Origin: Enoplolaimus lenunculus | Lineage: Eukaryota | Length of the DNA: 64,000 nt | Reading direction: 5' to 3' | Assembly (NCBI GenBank): GCA_030248215.1 | Contig: JASANG010000753.1 | Span: 186,001-250,000 of the forward strand | In this document: piece after piece, positions 50,136 through 61,338 of the stretch | Layout: every line of letters begins with the position of its first letter | How positions within the stretch are numbered: position 1 is the stretch's first letter | The notes under the pieces: model-generated | Told to the model about the DNA's origin: nothing | Databases searched by the model: none | What the model saw: the letters and a program-made list of their open reading frames with translations, nothing else | Position numbers and translations under genes: made by a program

Positions 50136-51056
50136 ACAGAACATTATCTAAATCAATTTACGTTACGCTGCAAAATATATTTTTTGTCTTGTTTTGACAT
50201 ATATTTCCATGGTGGTGTCTAACAGTGTTTGATTAACTGTAAGCTCGGAATACGCATAGTAACGTAGAGTCATTACTATATAAAAATTGTCTACAGTTAT
50301 AACCAGCCTATATTCCTTAAGTCTAAACCTGAGAACAAAACAAAAAGTCTAAAACTAAACATGAGCCTAAGCTAAATGTAGTCTAAAGCCTAAGCCTACT
50401 CTATTACATTTCGTGGTAAAAGAATATCGACAAAAGTAACAGGGGCCAGTGATATTGTCGGCCAATGAGAAGAACAGGATCGCTACAGTAGTTTCGTATT
50501 CTTAAGCCTAAGCCTAGGCGTAAGAATGAGCTTATACCTAAGCCTGGAGCCAAGGCCTAAGCTGAAGCAAAATAGAATTAGTCCAAAGCTTAAGCTTACT
50601 CTATTGCAGTCCTTCAAAAAAGCGTTCAGCTCCTGATCTTTACATTATCCAAGGTTTCTATGTGAAGTTTTGAAACTATGAATTAGCAATATTTTTTATA
50701 AAACTGTGTTAAAGCGTAAGCAAAATAGAATTAGTCCAAAGCTTAAGCTTACTCTATTGCAGTCCTGCAAAAAAGCGTTCAGCTCATGATCTTTACATCA
50801 GCCAAGGTTTCTCTGTAAAGTTTTGAAACCATTAAAACTATTAAAGTGGAACTCACAAATTTGGACGTACTATGAAACAATAATCTTGAGGCATAACGAG
50901 AACCTGATGAGTCGTTAAGCCACAGGACTCAACCCAGATATCGAATGACACGTAGATAGATACATGCTTTATTGCACAATTGTTAACGCAATACTTTTTA
51001 GCATTTGAAAAAGCAACGCTAAATTGCCAACCAATCTTAAAGCAATGCCTGTGTCC

Positions 51057-51455
51057 GGCCAATGTAAAGAACTGGGGCAGAACAGTATTACACTGTAAAT
51101 TCCAATGAGTTGCTTAATCAATTCACCTAGCGAGTTGGTTATTTCTGGATTAATATCAATAAACATTAGCTTAGTCTGAGTTAAGTTGATTCGCACTCTG
51201 AGTTTTGTTAACTCCGGGTGAGTTGACTAATTAACTCAGAATGAATTGAATCAACTCAAATTTCTGAGTTCTGATAGTCCTAACTCAGACTGAGTATTCA
51301 GCTCATTCTGACTTAAAATCAACTCACTGAAACTTACAGTGTATAAGCATATTCCTAAGCCTAAGCCTGAGCCTGAACCAAGCAAAAAATAGTCTAAAGC
51401 TGCTCTATTGCAGTCCCACAGAAAAACGTTCCACACCTAATCTTTACATGGGTCG
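51057..51455. mobile_element. Telomeric-repeat MITE interrupted by a CAC...GTG MITE (51091-51341)
   Basis: The host consensus CAGTATTATAAGCAT is split as CAGTATTA|insert|TATAAGCAT, i.e. a 2-bp TA duplication. Confidence 0.85.
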
Positions 51456-51512
51456 CCTAAGTCTAAGCCTAAGCCTACGGGTGTTATAGCATCGCTTTTA
51501 AACTTGTATAGA

Positions 51513-54500
51513 TTATAGTTGATCGTCACGTATAAATCGATTTCCTTCTGAATTCTTTCCATTATATGTGTATTTCAGTTTTCTGTAGACACCTGCAATC
51601 AAATACATAAATTTGTTGATAGAAAATTCATTTCAGACAGTCGCTTAGATGCTCAGTCCGACGCGTCTACACCACACAAACCCTACTGGCTATACTGCAT
51701 AATTCTGATGAGTTGATTAATTAACTCAACTAGCGAGTTAGTTATTTCTGAATTATTAATATTAATATTAAACATTAACTCAATATGAGTTGAGCTGATT
51801 CTCATATCTGAGTTGAAATGATTTTGGCTGAGTTGATTTACTACAACTCAGAATGAGTTGAACTGAATCAGAACTCTGGGTTCTGAAAGTCCTAACTCAG
51901 ATTAAGTAGTATAATTCATTCTGAGTTAAAATCAACTCACTGAAATTTACAGTGTACGTTTCTGAGAATATTTTATTCTCAAAAACGTTCCCCATTAGCC
52001 GAGACGACTGTAATAGTGCTGTGTACTCTATGTATGCTAGCCGGCAGCGTACGGTCGCCTTTAGTCCACAATAGAACCAGTTGGAGTCGTGGGCTATGTG
52101 GCGCAGTGGTCGAGTGTCTGGCTCGGAATTCATAGATCACCAGTTTGAAACCACCCGTAAACTCCGCCGCATTTTCAGCTGCTTAGTTCAGGGTCTAAAG
52201 TTCCGGTTCCTACCTAGACTGACAATGAGGTTGCCGGCACACTTTGAAACACCAGTCAGAAAGTACCAAGATTTTTGATTTCGCTAGCTATGTAATTATA
52301 CCTTTATTTCGTGCAGGAGGAAAAGTAGGCGGAGTATTGCGTCGTCGATCTTCATTGGTTACAGGAGTTGAGTCGAGAAATTGCAAATATGGCAACTGGT
52401 TAATTACTGCACTCCTGTAAAACACAATAAAACGTTATCGTTTTATTAATGTAATTGAGTCGTTTACTTGTCTGTATTCTCAAATGTGTGTAGCATCTAT
52501 TACCAATTGATGATAGGTCTTGTAACTTAAAAAACAACCAGCGAGTGACCACGAATAAAATAAGCATATTTGGCACTTCAATTAACTCAGTTTGGATTGG
52601 CCATTACATAAAACCTAAGTTAAAAATATGGTCCATGAACTAAATTGCCTTCAGCAAGTATCAATAACGAATGATATATCCTCAGACAATTTAACATTAC
52701 TCTAAAAGACAAATTACTGTTGTCGGTATAAGTTTTTAGATTTCAGTTTTAGTATCACCCCCTTAGCTACGACACCCACCCCTAGGGAGTGTCCGGTTAC
52801 CTGGGGGAGCCGACAGCAAAACCGATCCACCAATGCGATTTTAAAAAAATTGCATCTTCGGCGTAATTCAGGTTAAGTACTGTGTTAATTCACGCTTTTA
52901 GCTTCTCGTTTGTTTCGCTTACAAGTTCTCTTTTCCCTATTATATATGGCACCCCTGCGCTCTCTATTCCCTATTATATATGGCACCCCTGCGCTCTCTA
53001 TTCCCTATTATATATGGCACCCCTGCGCTCTCTATTCCCTATTATATATGGCACCCCTGCGCTCTCTATTCCCTATTATATATGGCACCCCTGCGCTCAC
53101 TATTCCCCACCCCGCCTCCCCCCCCCCCCCCCCCCTTACCTGCGCTCTCTATTCCCTTTGTTATGGCCTTGCGCTCTCTCCCCCCCCCCGCTCTCTATTC
53201 CCTATTATCTATGGCACCCCTGCGCTCTCTATTCCTATTATATAGCACCCCCATCCCTATTATATATGGCACCCCTCCCTCTCCCCCCCATATATGGCAC
53301 CCCTGCGCTCTCTATTCCCTATTATATATGGCACCCCTGCGCTCTCTTTTTGTGGATGAACTTTTGCGCTTAGGGACCCCATCCTGCATGTAGGGGCGTT
53401 GGACACCCTAACCGAGGACTTGCTACTACTACGGTACAGCATTCATTACCAGATTTACAAACAACCAGTGATAGCCAACACCTCCCGTTTGAAAACTGTT
53501 AGGTAGCCTTTAGGTTTAGCTTCATCCTTAAGATAACGATTAGGCTCTACGTTAAGCTTCAAGGTAAGCTTAGGTTGCAATTAGTTGACGAGAACGTGGA
53601 TGGAAGCTGCAATTTCATTTAGTGACTACAATGTAAATTGCAATGTGTTGATTAATCTGCTGAGAGAGATACAGTTAACCATTGCTAAGTTAATAACAAC
53701 AAATATTAAATTCACTCTGAGCTAACTTAATTCCGAGTAAGTTGATTAATTAGCTTAAAATAAGTTCAATCAATTCAGAATTGTGAGCTCTGAAAGCCCT
53801 AATTTAGACGTCAAACTTCTCAGTGGATTCAACTCATTCTGTGTTAAAATCAACTCACTGGAACTTATTACAGTGCAGAACACACGCCCTCGATTTAGAA
53901 AACGTTCACAGTTTTTTAACAAAATAACGATTTTTCCGAAGGCGTTGGTTTGGGTAATAGGAACCGGTGTGTCGGTAAATCGCAGTCAACTCATTGCACT
54001 CTCGGGTTCAGAGTCTCAAACACTCGTTGGACCCAACTGCGTCATGGTTCAATCTAAGTTGAAAATTGTCAATTCTATAACTTTGCTGGGCCAAACTGTG
54101 CTCACCGATATGTAAGATAGTCTTGCGTCGACAGTAGGGCCATCAAAGTTGGACAAATCGGATTCCCTAAGAAACTAACGTGAGCAATACGAGGGCACTG
54201 GTTTCGAAGCATTTCTAGTATTTTGTCTAGTTTGCTCACCTGAAATAAACAACATAAATGAAGGAATTTCACTTGAAAAACTGTTTAAAATTTTGCGAAA
54301 CTTTTAAATCTCAATTCAAAATTTTGGTTTTTAATCCTGTTTTGAAGGACGTAGGGGCTGTAAGCGGTCCAGTTATTAGATTTGCCAGTTGGTACACCCT
54401 TTGAGCAAAGGCCACAACGACCATAGGGCAAAGGGAGTGGCGCTTGTACGAAATCTTGGCCCATTAAGATGAAATTTTGTTAGACAAAATTGAAAACGTT

Positions 54501-56864
54501 TTGCGTTTGAGAATAGCATATTTTCGTACTAAATAAATCTCTTCACTGTTTTGAGAATAAAATTCGAATTTTTCACTGAAAATAAAATTCTAATTTTCCA
54601 CTGAAAATAAAACTCCAATTTTCCACTGAAAATAAAATTCGAATTTTCCACTGAAAATAAAATTCGAATTTTCCACTGAAAATAAAATTCGAATTTTCCA
54701 CTGAAAATAAAATTCGAATTTTCCACTGAAAATAAAATTCGAATTTTCCACTGAAAATAAAATTCGAATTTTCCAGTGAAAATAAAATTCGAATTTTTCA
54801 CTGAAAATAAAATTCGAATTTTCCACTGAAAATAAAATTCGAATTTTTCACTGAAAATAAAATTCGAATTTTCCACTGAAAATAAAATTCGAATTTTCCA
54901 CTGAAAATAAAATTCGAATTATCCACTGAAAATAAAATTCAAATATTCCACTGAAAATAAAATTCGAATTTTCCACTGAAAATAAAATTCGAATTTTCCA
55001 CTGAAAATAAAATTCGAATTTTCCACTGAAAATAAAATTCGAATTTTCCACTGAAAATAAAATTCGAATTTTCCACTGAAAATAAAATTCAAATTTTCCA
55101 CTGAAAATAAAATTCGAATTTTCCACTGAAAATAAAATTCGAATTTTCCACTGAAAATAAAATTCGAATTTTCCACTGAAAATAAAATTCGAATTTTCCA
55201 GTGAAAATAAAATTCTAATTTTTCACTGAAAATAAAATTCGAATTTTCCACTGAAAATAAAATTCGAATTATCCACTGAAAATAAAATTCAAATATTCCA
55301 CTGAAAATAAAATTCGAATTTTCCACTGAAAATAAAATTCAAATTTTCCACTGAAAATAAAATTCGAATTTTCCACTGAAAATAAAATTCGAATTTTCCA
55401 CTGAAAATAAAATTCGAATTTTCCACTGAAAATAAAATTCGAATTTTCCACTGGAAATAAAATTCGAATATTTCACTGAAAATATTAAAATGCCAATATT
55501 ATTTTCGCTTACGTTATTTTTGTTCATACTGAGCGTTTTGAGTCGAGGCAAATACGGCAGTTGAATATCTTCATCGAGATTGTTTCCATCCAAAATCAAA
55601 TGTTCTAAATCTTCGTTGAGCCAACTGTGATGAATCATACTAAATAGAAGCTTAGAAATAATTCCACATAACTTCGAGTCCGGCGCTGTAGAGCCAATGT
55701 ATAGAACAAGGCAGTACCACAGCAGTATAAGCATGTTCCTAAGTGTAAGCCTAAGCCTAAGCGTAAAGAATGAGCTTAAAGCGTAAAGACTAAGCAAAAA
55801 AATAGTCTAAAGTTTAAGGGTACTCTATTATAGTCCAGCAGATAAACGTTCCGCCCGTGATTTGGGATCATCGTAGGAACAGTCGTAATTTTCAGACGTT
55901 TTAACTTTTCAAATGGATGTATACAAATTCAACTGAAATCGTTTTTCGTGTTCGGAATCGAATCCGGGACACAAGGATGAGAAGCGTTTATCATCAACAC
56001 TCAGCTGTAGGAGCTTGGACAATGCAGATGAACAAGCTTGTAGTATGATTACAGAAATGACTTTATTTAGTTGAAAAATCTCGTGTTTTCACGCTGGTTT
56101 TCTTGGCAATTTTTTCAAAATCACAACTATTGCCCAGGGACGCCTGAACGAATTATTTCTAGCGGTGCCAAACGGAAGATCAACAGCTTAGCCTTAAGAT
56201 GTAGGGAACAAAAAATTCGATAAAAAATGCCACATTTGGTAGGCAACTAAAAGTGCAAGCAGAATAGTTTTTACAAGACTCCAAAGTCAAGCGAGAGTCA
56301 ACATAATGTTTAAATGTTTTAAATTCCAACGCGAAATTTTAAGTTCAAAGGATTTCCAGGGGTGTCGGTGACACCTGTTAACTTTTCCAGGGCTGACAGC
56401 ACGGCATGAATTTAATTCTGCGATTGAAATTTAAATATGCCAGTAAAGCCTCATTCACACGTGCTAGTTGTTGCAGTGAGAACTCGCAGCTGGAACGTGC
56501 AACAAATACTTGCAGCTGCTAGTATTTAGAAAACAACATTCTAATTGTCCAATCAAACTGCAGGTGTAAGAAATCCAAGCAACTTGCAACTGCGTTCACA
56601 GCTGCGAAATTAGTTTAACCTCCAGTGAATAATTTGCAACTGCAAGAACTTCAAAGCTTCTTTGTCACCAAACTTGCACATGCAAGTTGCGCGTGCAAGT
56701 TTTTGCTGCAAAAACTTGCACGTGTGAATCGGGCTTCAGCGAGTATATGGAAATTCGACCCGTACAAATGGTTCAACTTACGACAGTCCCATATAGCTGA
56801 GATCAGTCACTGTATGCGAACTTGTCGTAGGCTCGAGTGATAATTTGTGTTTTGAACAATCCAT
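51513..56864 (-). CDS. LRMDA: Leucine-rich melanocyte differentiation-associated protein homologue (LRMDA/C10orf11), 5 coding exons, about 178 aa
   Basis: Minus-strand exons 56864-56782, 55639-55513, 54239-54106, 52414-52302 and 51592-51513 join in frame. Motifs: [53 protein letters not shown], and the C-terminus [19 protein letters not shown], which matches the recalled LRMDA C-terminal motif [15 protein letters not shown]. Confidence 0.92.
52091..52270 (+). mobile_element. Degenerate tRNA-derived SINE, second family; relative at about 11442-11960 (interrupted)
   Basis: A-box TGGCGCAGTGG in both copies and shared downstream GTCTAAAGT...TCCTA...GGCAC...CCAGT blocks. Confidence 0.5.
52935..53348. 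repeat. 34-bp minisatellite in an LRMDA intron
   Basis: CCCTATTATATATGGCACCCCTGCGCTCTCTATT with period 34. The central units are corrupted by C-runs. Confidence 0.9.
54556..55484. repeat. 25-bp satellite, about 37 copies, in an LRMDA intron
   Basis: Unit CTGAAAATAAAATTCGAATTTTCCA, highly homogeneous, with no spacers. Confidence 0.97.
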
Positions 56865-58317
56865 CCACCACAAATATGTATGTATAAGCTAATATCAAAT
56901 ATTAAAGTATTAAATTTTTAAACGTTCAAAGCTAAAATATATACCTGTAGATGGAACAGCCGTGTAAATTTCTATAAAATTGGTGATAATTGGTGGTTTT
57001 GGTATTTTCTTCACACTGCAAAAAATAATGAGTCAAATTGATTCTGTCTAAAACTGGCTTTTCCTGACTACATAAACTGAGTCAAAATTCAACTCCGCCT
57101 GAATCAAAATCTCACACCAGGTTCGGCGTGGGAGTGGCTATTGAGCCTTGCTTCTCAACGCACAGCGCGGCACGGCAACGTGAGCTCATGGCTGTCGCGC
57201 AGAGTCGTTGTTTCGTTGAGGCGGTGAGCTTATAGTTTATATAATTTTATCTAAAATATGCAAAAAACGACAAAAATATCATTCTGTAAACAGATATTTC
57301 GCTGATATGTACCACGAGCGAAAATAGAAGTTACCAGCCGATGACGGTAACAACAACAAACCTTCGCATATTTGTTGGACTCGAGCGTACCGGTTGATTT
57401 GTAGGACTTCCTGATCGGCGCGGCTGAACAGACGCGGATCCACAAAATTTGTGACGGAAGGCCGGGCGCGCTGGCAAATGTTATGAAACGCAAAAATTGT
57501 AAGATAGGGACCTTATCAATTTATCACCAAAAAATTTTTTGAGGACGAAAAATTGTAAGGTAGGAAGGGACCTTATCATTTTAACACAAAATATTTTATG
57601 ACGGAGGGGTGTAACTACGCCCCCACTCCCCTCTGGATCCGCTAGTGCTGCTGAAGTAGGTCGATTGGTATGAAATTTCATCGCTAACCGGTGTTTTATA
57701 CGCTATTTTATAAACAGTGCTTTTTAGAATATTAAACATTCAGAGGATGCCAATTATGAAGCTTATACCTAAGCCTAAGCCTACGCGTGAGAATGAGCAT
57801 AAAGCCTAAGCCTAAGCAAAAATGAGTCTAAAGCTTATGCTTACTGTGTTACAGTTCTACGGAATAAAACATCCAGTCCCTGATCTTGACATGGGCTCCA
57901 GTTATATCGCGGGTATTTACTTGATGTGCCGTGTTGAGGGGACCAATAAACCGAATCTAAAAATTTAAAAATTAAAGAACTGCCCCCTACATAATTATAA
58001 GACAAGTGTCAATTTTAAAAAACATTACAAGTTGTATTATATTTGCATAAATGGAAACGACACCGGAAACGGCGACCGATTTCTACCGGAAGCGGATATC
58101 AAATAACTTTTAAATCAGAGAAGATTCATAGTATTTAAATATGAGCAAGGCTGTATCATAATACGGTATCATCATATTTTTTCAACCAGGACTAAGCCAG
58201 AAAACGTTTTTCGTCAAAAAATCCGTTATCAGCAGCTATAAACCTATGCATTGGTGTTTTTTCGAGAAATTAGTCAACTCTAAATCACTACGCAAACCAA
58301 AAATAATAATACCGTTA

Positions 58318-58434
<117 letters not shown>

Positions 58435-58802
58435 CGCTCAATACTGCAGCGTAGATTATATGTTTTTATGCAACTTGACAAACTATAACTTCCGCACTGG
58501 CGAATCCATAAATTTGACTGATCATTTGTAAATTTGAAAGTAATGCATATTATTTTGGACATTCAATTTTGGCCGTATAACCCAAATGAAAGTGCGCCTA
58601 GGATATAAAGGCCAAAATTCGAAATTGATTCTGTCTTCGGTTTTGGAGCCGAAGAAACGATTTTAAAATCGTCAATGGAGAGCAGGGATCGTTCGTGGCA
58701 AGGACATGATCCACAATAGCTGGTTTTAGTTTAACACTGGAAACTATGGATTGGATGGTATATTATATATTGATATATATGTATATTATAATATTATATA
58801 TG

Positions 58803-58839
<37 letters not shown>

Positions 58840-58850
58840 ATAATTTAGAT

Positions 58851-61172
58851 ATTAAACAGATAGACCGAGTCACAACGTGATATACTATTTTTAGGCGAAT
58901 ATTCTAAATGGAAACAATTTGACTGGACGTTCAATTTAGGATCGCGATTACGAATATGCACTGATTCTAAAATGTGAAGCGCATTACTGAACCGATGTGA
59001 AGAATTTATGGGCCAACTATCAATTATACAGAAACAGAAACGTTAAATTGTGTCCTGAACTAGAACAATGATTTGAAATAGCTGAGGACATTTTTAAAGT
59101 TGAATTGGTTGAGATATTTGTTCTGTCAGAAACCTGCGGTGCTCAAAATCGACGGTAAAGTTGGCGATTTGTAGCACCAACATAGCCTAACTGACAGTTA
59201 GGACAAGTAAAATTATAAATCACATTTGAACGCAAGACGTCAGGTAATCGGATCCTTAAACTTAAACATTTTAGCCAGACTGCTATAATTTTTAAATACA
59301 ATTCTAAAAACTATATTTGGTGCATTAAAATGTTTTTTAAATAAATTACTTAAACATCTTTTCAGGGTATGCTGAGTGCGAACCCAAAAATGGAAGCTTT
59401 AAAATTAGAAACACAGGCTTTGTAACTACCTGTCATTTGCCGGGACTGCGTTAACTGCTGTTTCTTGAGCTTTGTTACTGTCGATTCTTGCGTGGCATTT
59501 ACGACGTTATCCAAGAACTACCAGTAGACTGTGTAACTGAGGTAGAAGTTGAGGTCGATGAAAATTGTGAGCCTAAATTAAACGTTTCATAAGAATGAAT
59601 GTCTGAACTATTCTGTAAAGAATTATCACGCCATTCATTCGATAAGAATTGGTTCAGCGATCGAGGAAATATATCGCAACGAAATTTTCTATTAAAGAAA
59701 TTTTTCGTTGCCATATTAAAAACCTTAACCGGGAAACCGTTTATAGTAAACAAATTCTTTAGGAAATATAGCTCTTCTTGAATTAAATGCTGACTAGAAC
59801 TAATTGCTAAACAACGGTATAGTAAGCATTCAATTAAGTTAATTTTAAATCTTTTAGGAATGAAAGTACTAAAATTCATAATTTGATTAGAGTATGTAGG
59901 TTTCCTGTATATTGAAGTTGAGAACTTTTTAATCAGGGGATCACGTTGAATTGAAACGTCCAAAAATGCTAATTTGCATTCTTTTTCGGTCTCAATTGTA
60001 AATTTAATTTTCGGATGGTGACTATTCAAAATAGATAGGAAATTATGGGCTAATTCAAAACTATCAAACAGAGCAAAGGTATCATCAACATATCGACGAT
60101 AAAACCTGGGCCCACAATTTACCGGTGTTTTGGCAAAAATTTCATTTTCAAACTGAACCATAAAAACATTTGCGAGGACTGGCCCGAGGGGCGACCCCAT
60201 GGCCACTCCATCAATTTGTTTATAAACAGCCCCATTGAAAAGAAATTTAAAATCAGTGGTGCAGAGTTTTACAGCTTTGATCAAAAGATCATGCGGAATA
60301 ACAGTTTCTAATTTTTTATTTTTTACCGCCGTAGAGATTATTTGAATAGTTTCAAAATAGGGACGCTGGTAAAGAGTGATGATACATCAAACGATACCAT
60401 CACTCCGTTACCAGCATCTTGTTGTAAAATTTCCTTAACAAATTCAAACGAAGACTAACCGAGTACTTACCACTACTCAAGGGTTTCAAAATCTATCGAT
60501 CCAGCGAGCAAGATTATGACAAGCCGCCGACTGCCGCATTATAGGCCGACGGGAACTCCTTCTTTATGGGTTTTTGGTAACCGATAAAGGAGCGAAGGGC
60601 GCGAACCAGCTGGGTTTAGAAGTTTTGCCATCTGCGAATCTATAATTTTAAGTTTTGTAAGTTCAACAATAAGAAATCGAACCTGATCTTCAAAATTTAT
60701 AACATATTTGTATAAATTTGAAGTTTGTTCATCTACTAATTGGAAAGTATTAGTATCAGCTAAAATATTCAAAACTTTACTCGTGTAATCACTTTTATTC
60801 ATAATGACAAAACCACTACCTTTATAGTTTAGAAATGTATGGTCTTGTCATTAGCCAAATTTTTTAGTGCTGAAATATAAGGTTTAGGGACATTAGGTAA
60901 ATTCTTATATCGTTTTAACATGAACAATGTACCCAGAAACTATTAATTCGTTCTAGCTAAATTCCTTTCGAATAACCTCATTAGGTAAATTTGAAACTTT
61001 GCAAATTTACGAAAACCCAATTGCATACCACGCAAAAAGCTCGCACTCTACAACAATATGCTTCTATCTAACGGAGACAAAAGGAAACTTTATTAGAAAA
61101 AATAATAAATTTAGGACCGAGTTTTAGCGCTTTCATTTCAAGGTCTGTCAACACACGATGAGACAAATTAAT
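58851..61172 (-). mobile_element. Inverted, 5'-truncated second copy of the same Penelope-like element with multiple indels
   Basis: Reverse complement of about 61531-63822. ORF fragments 59499-60284 and 60539-60802 are near-identical to the plus copy, and the 3' end abuts a (TA)n tract at about 58760-58835. Confidence 0.93.
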
Positions 61173-61338
61173 CCTTTTAACATAACATGCCGACAGTTCT
61201 TATAAACTCCCCAACTAGCATGATGCAGAAGTTGCACTTTCTTCTCAGTACAATAGTATTTCTTCAAATAACATTAGATGCAAAAGAGATCAAACCCAAC
61301 CAAAGAAATAAAAAATAAATTAAAAAAAAAAAAAAATT

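Noticed and set aside
50900..50935. Hammerhead-like CTGATGAGTC...GAC
   Set aside because: The stem is followed by TCAA rather than GAAA, so the catalytic core is incomplete.
54529..55484. Repetitive ORFs ([26 protein letters not shown]...) and a CRISPR-like regular repeat
   Set aside because: This is a head-to-tail 25-bp satellite with no unique spacers and no cas genes, in a eukaryotic intron.
58625..58680. Twin hairpins with GAAAC...GTC next to the Penelope copy, resembling a type I hammerhead
   Set aside because: It lacks the CTGAnGA box and lies outside the element boundary defined by the two arms.
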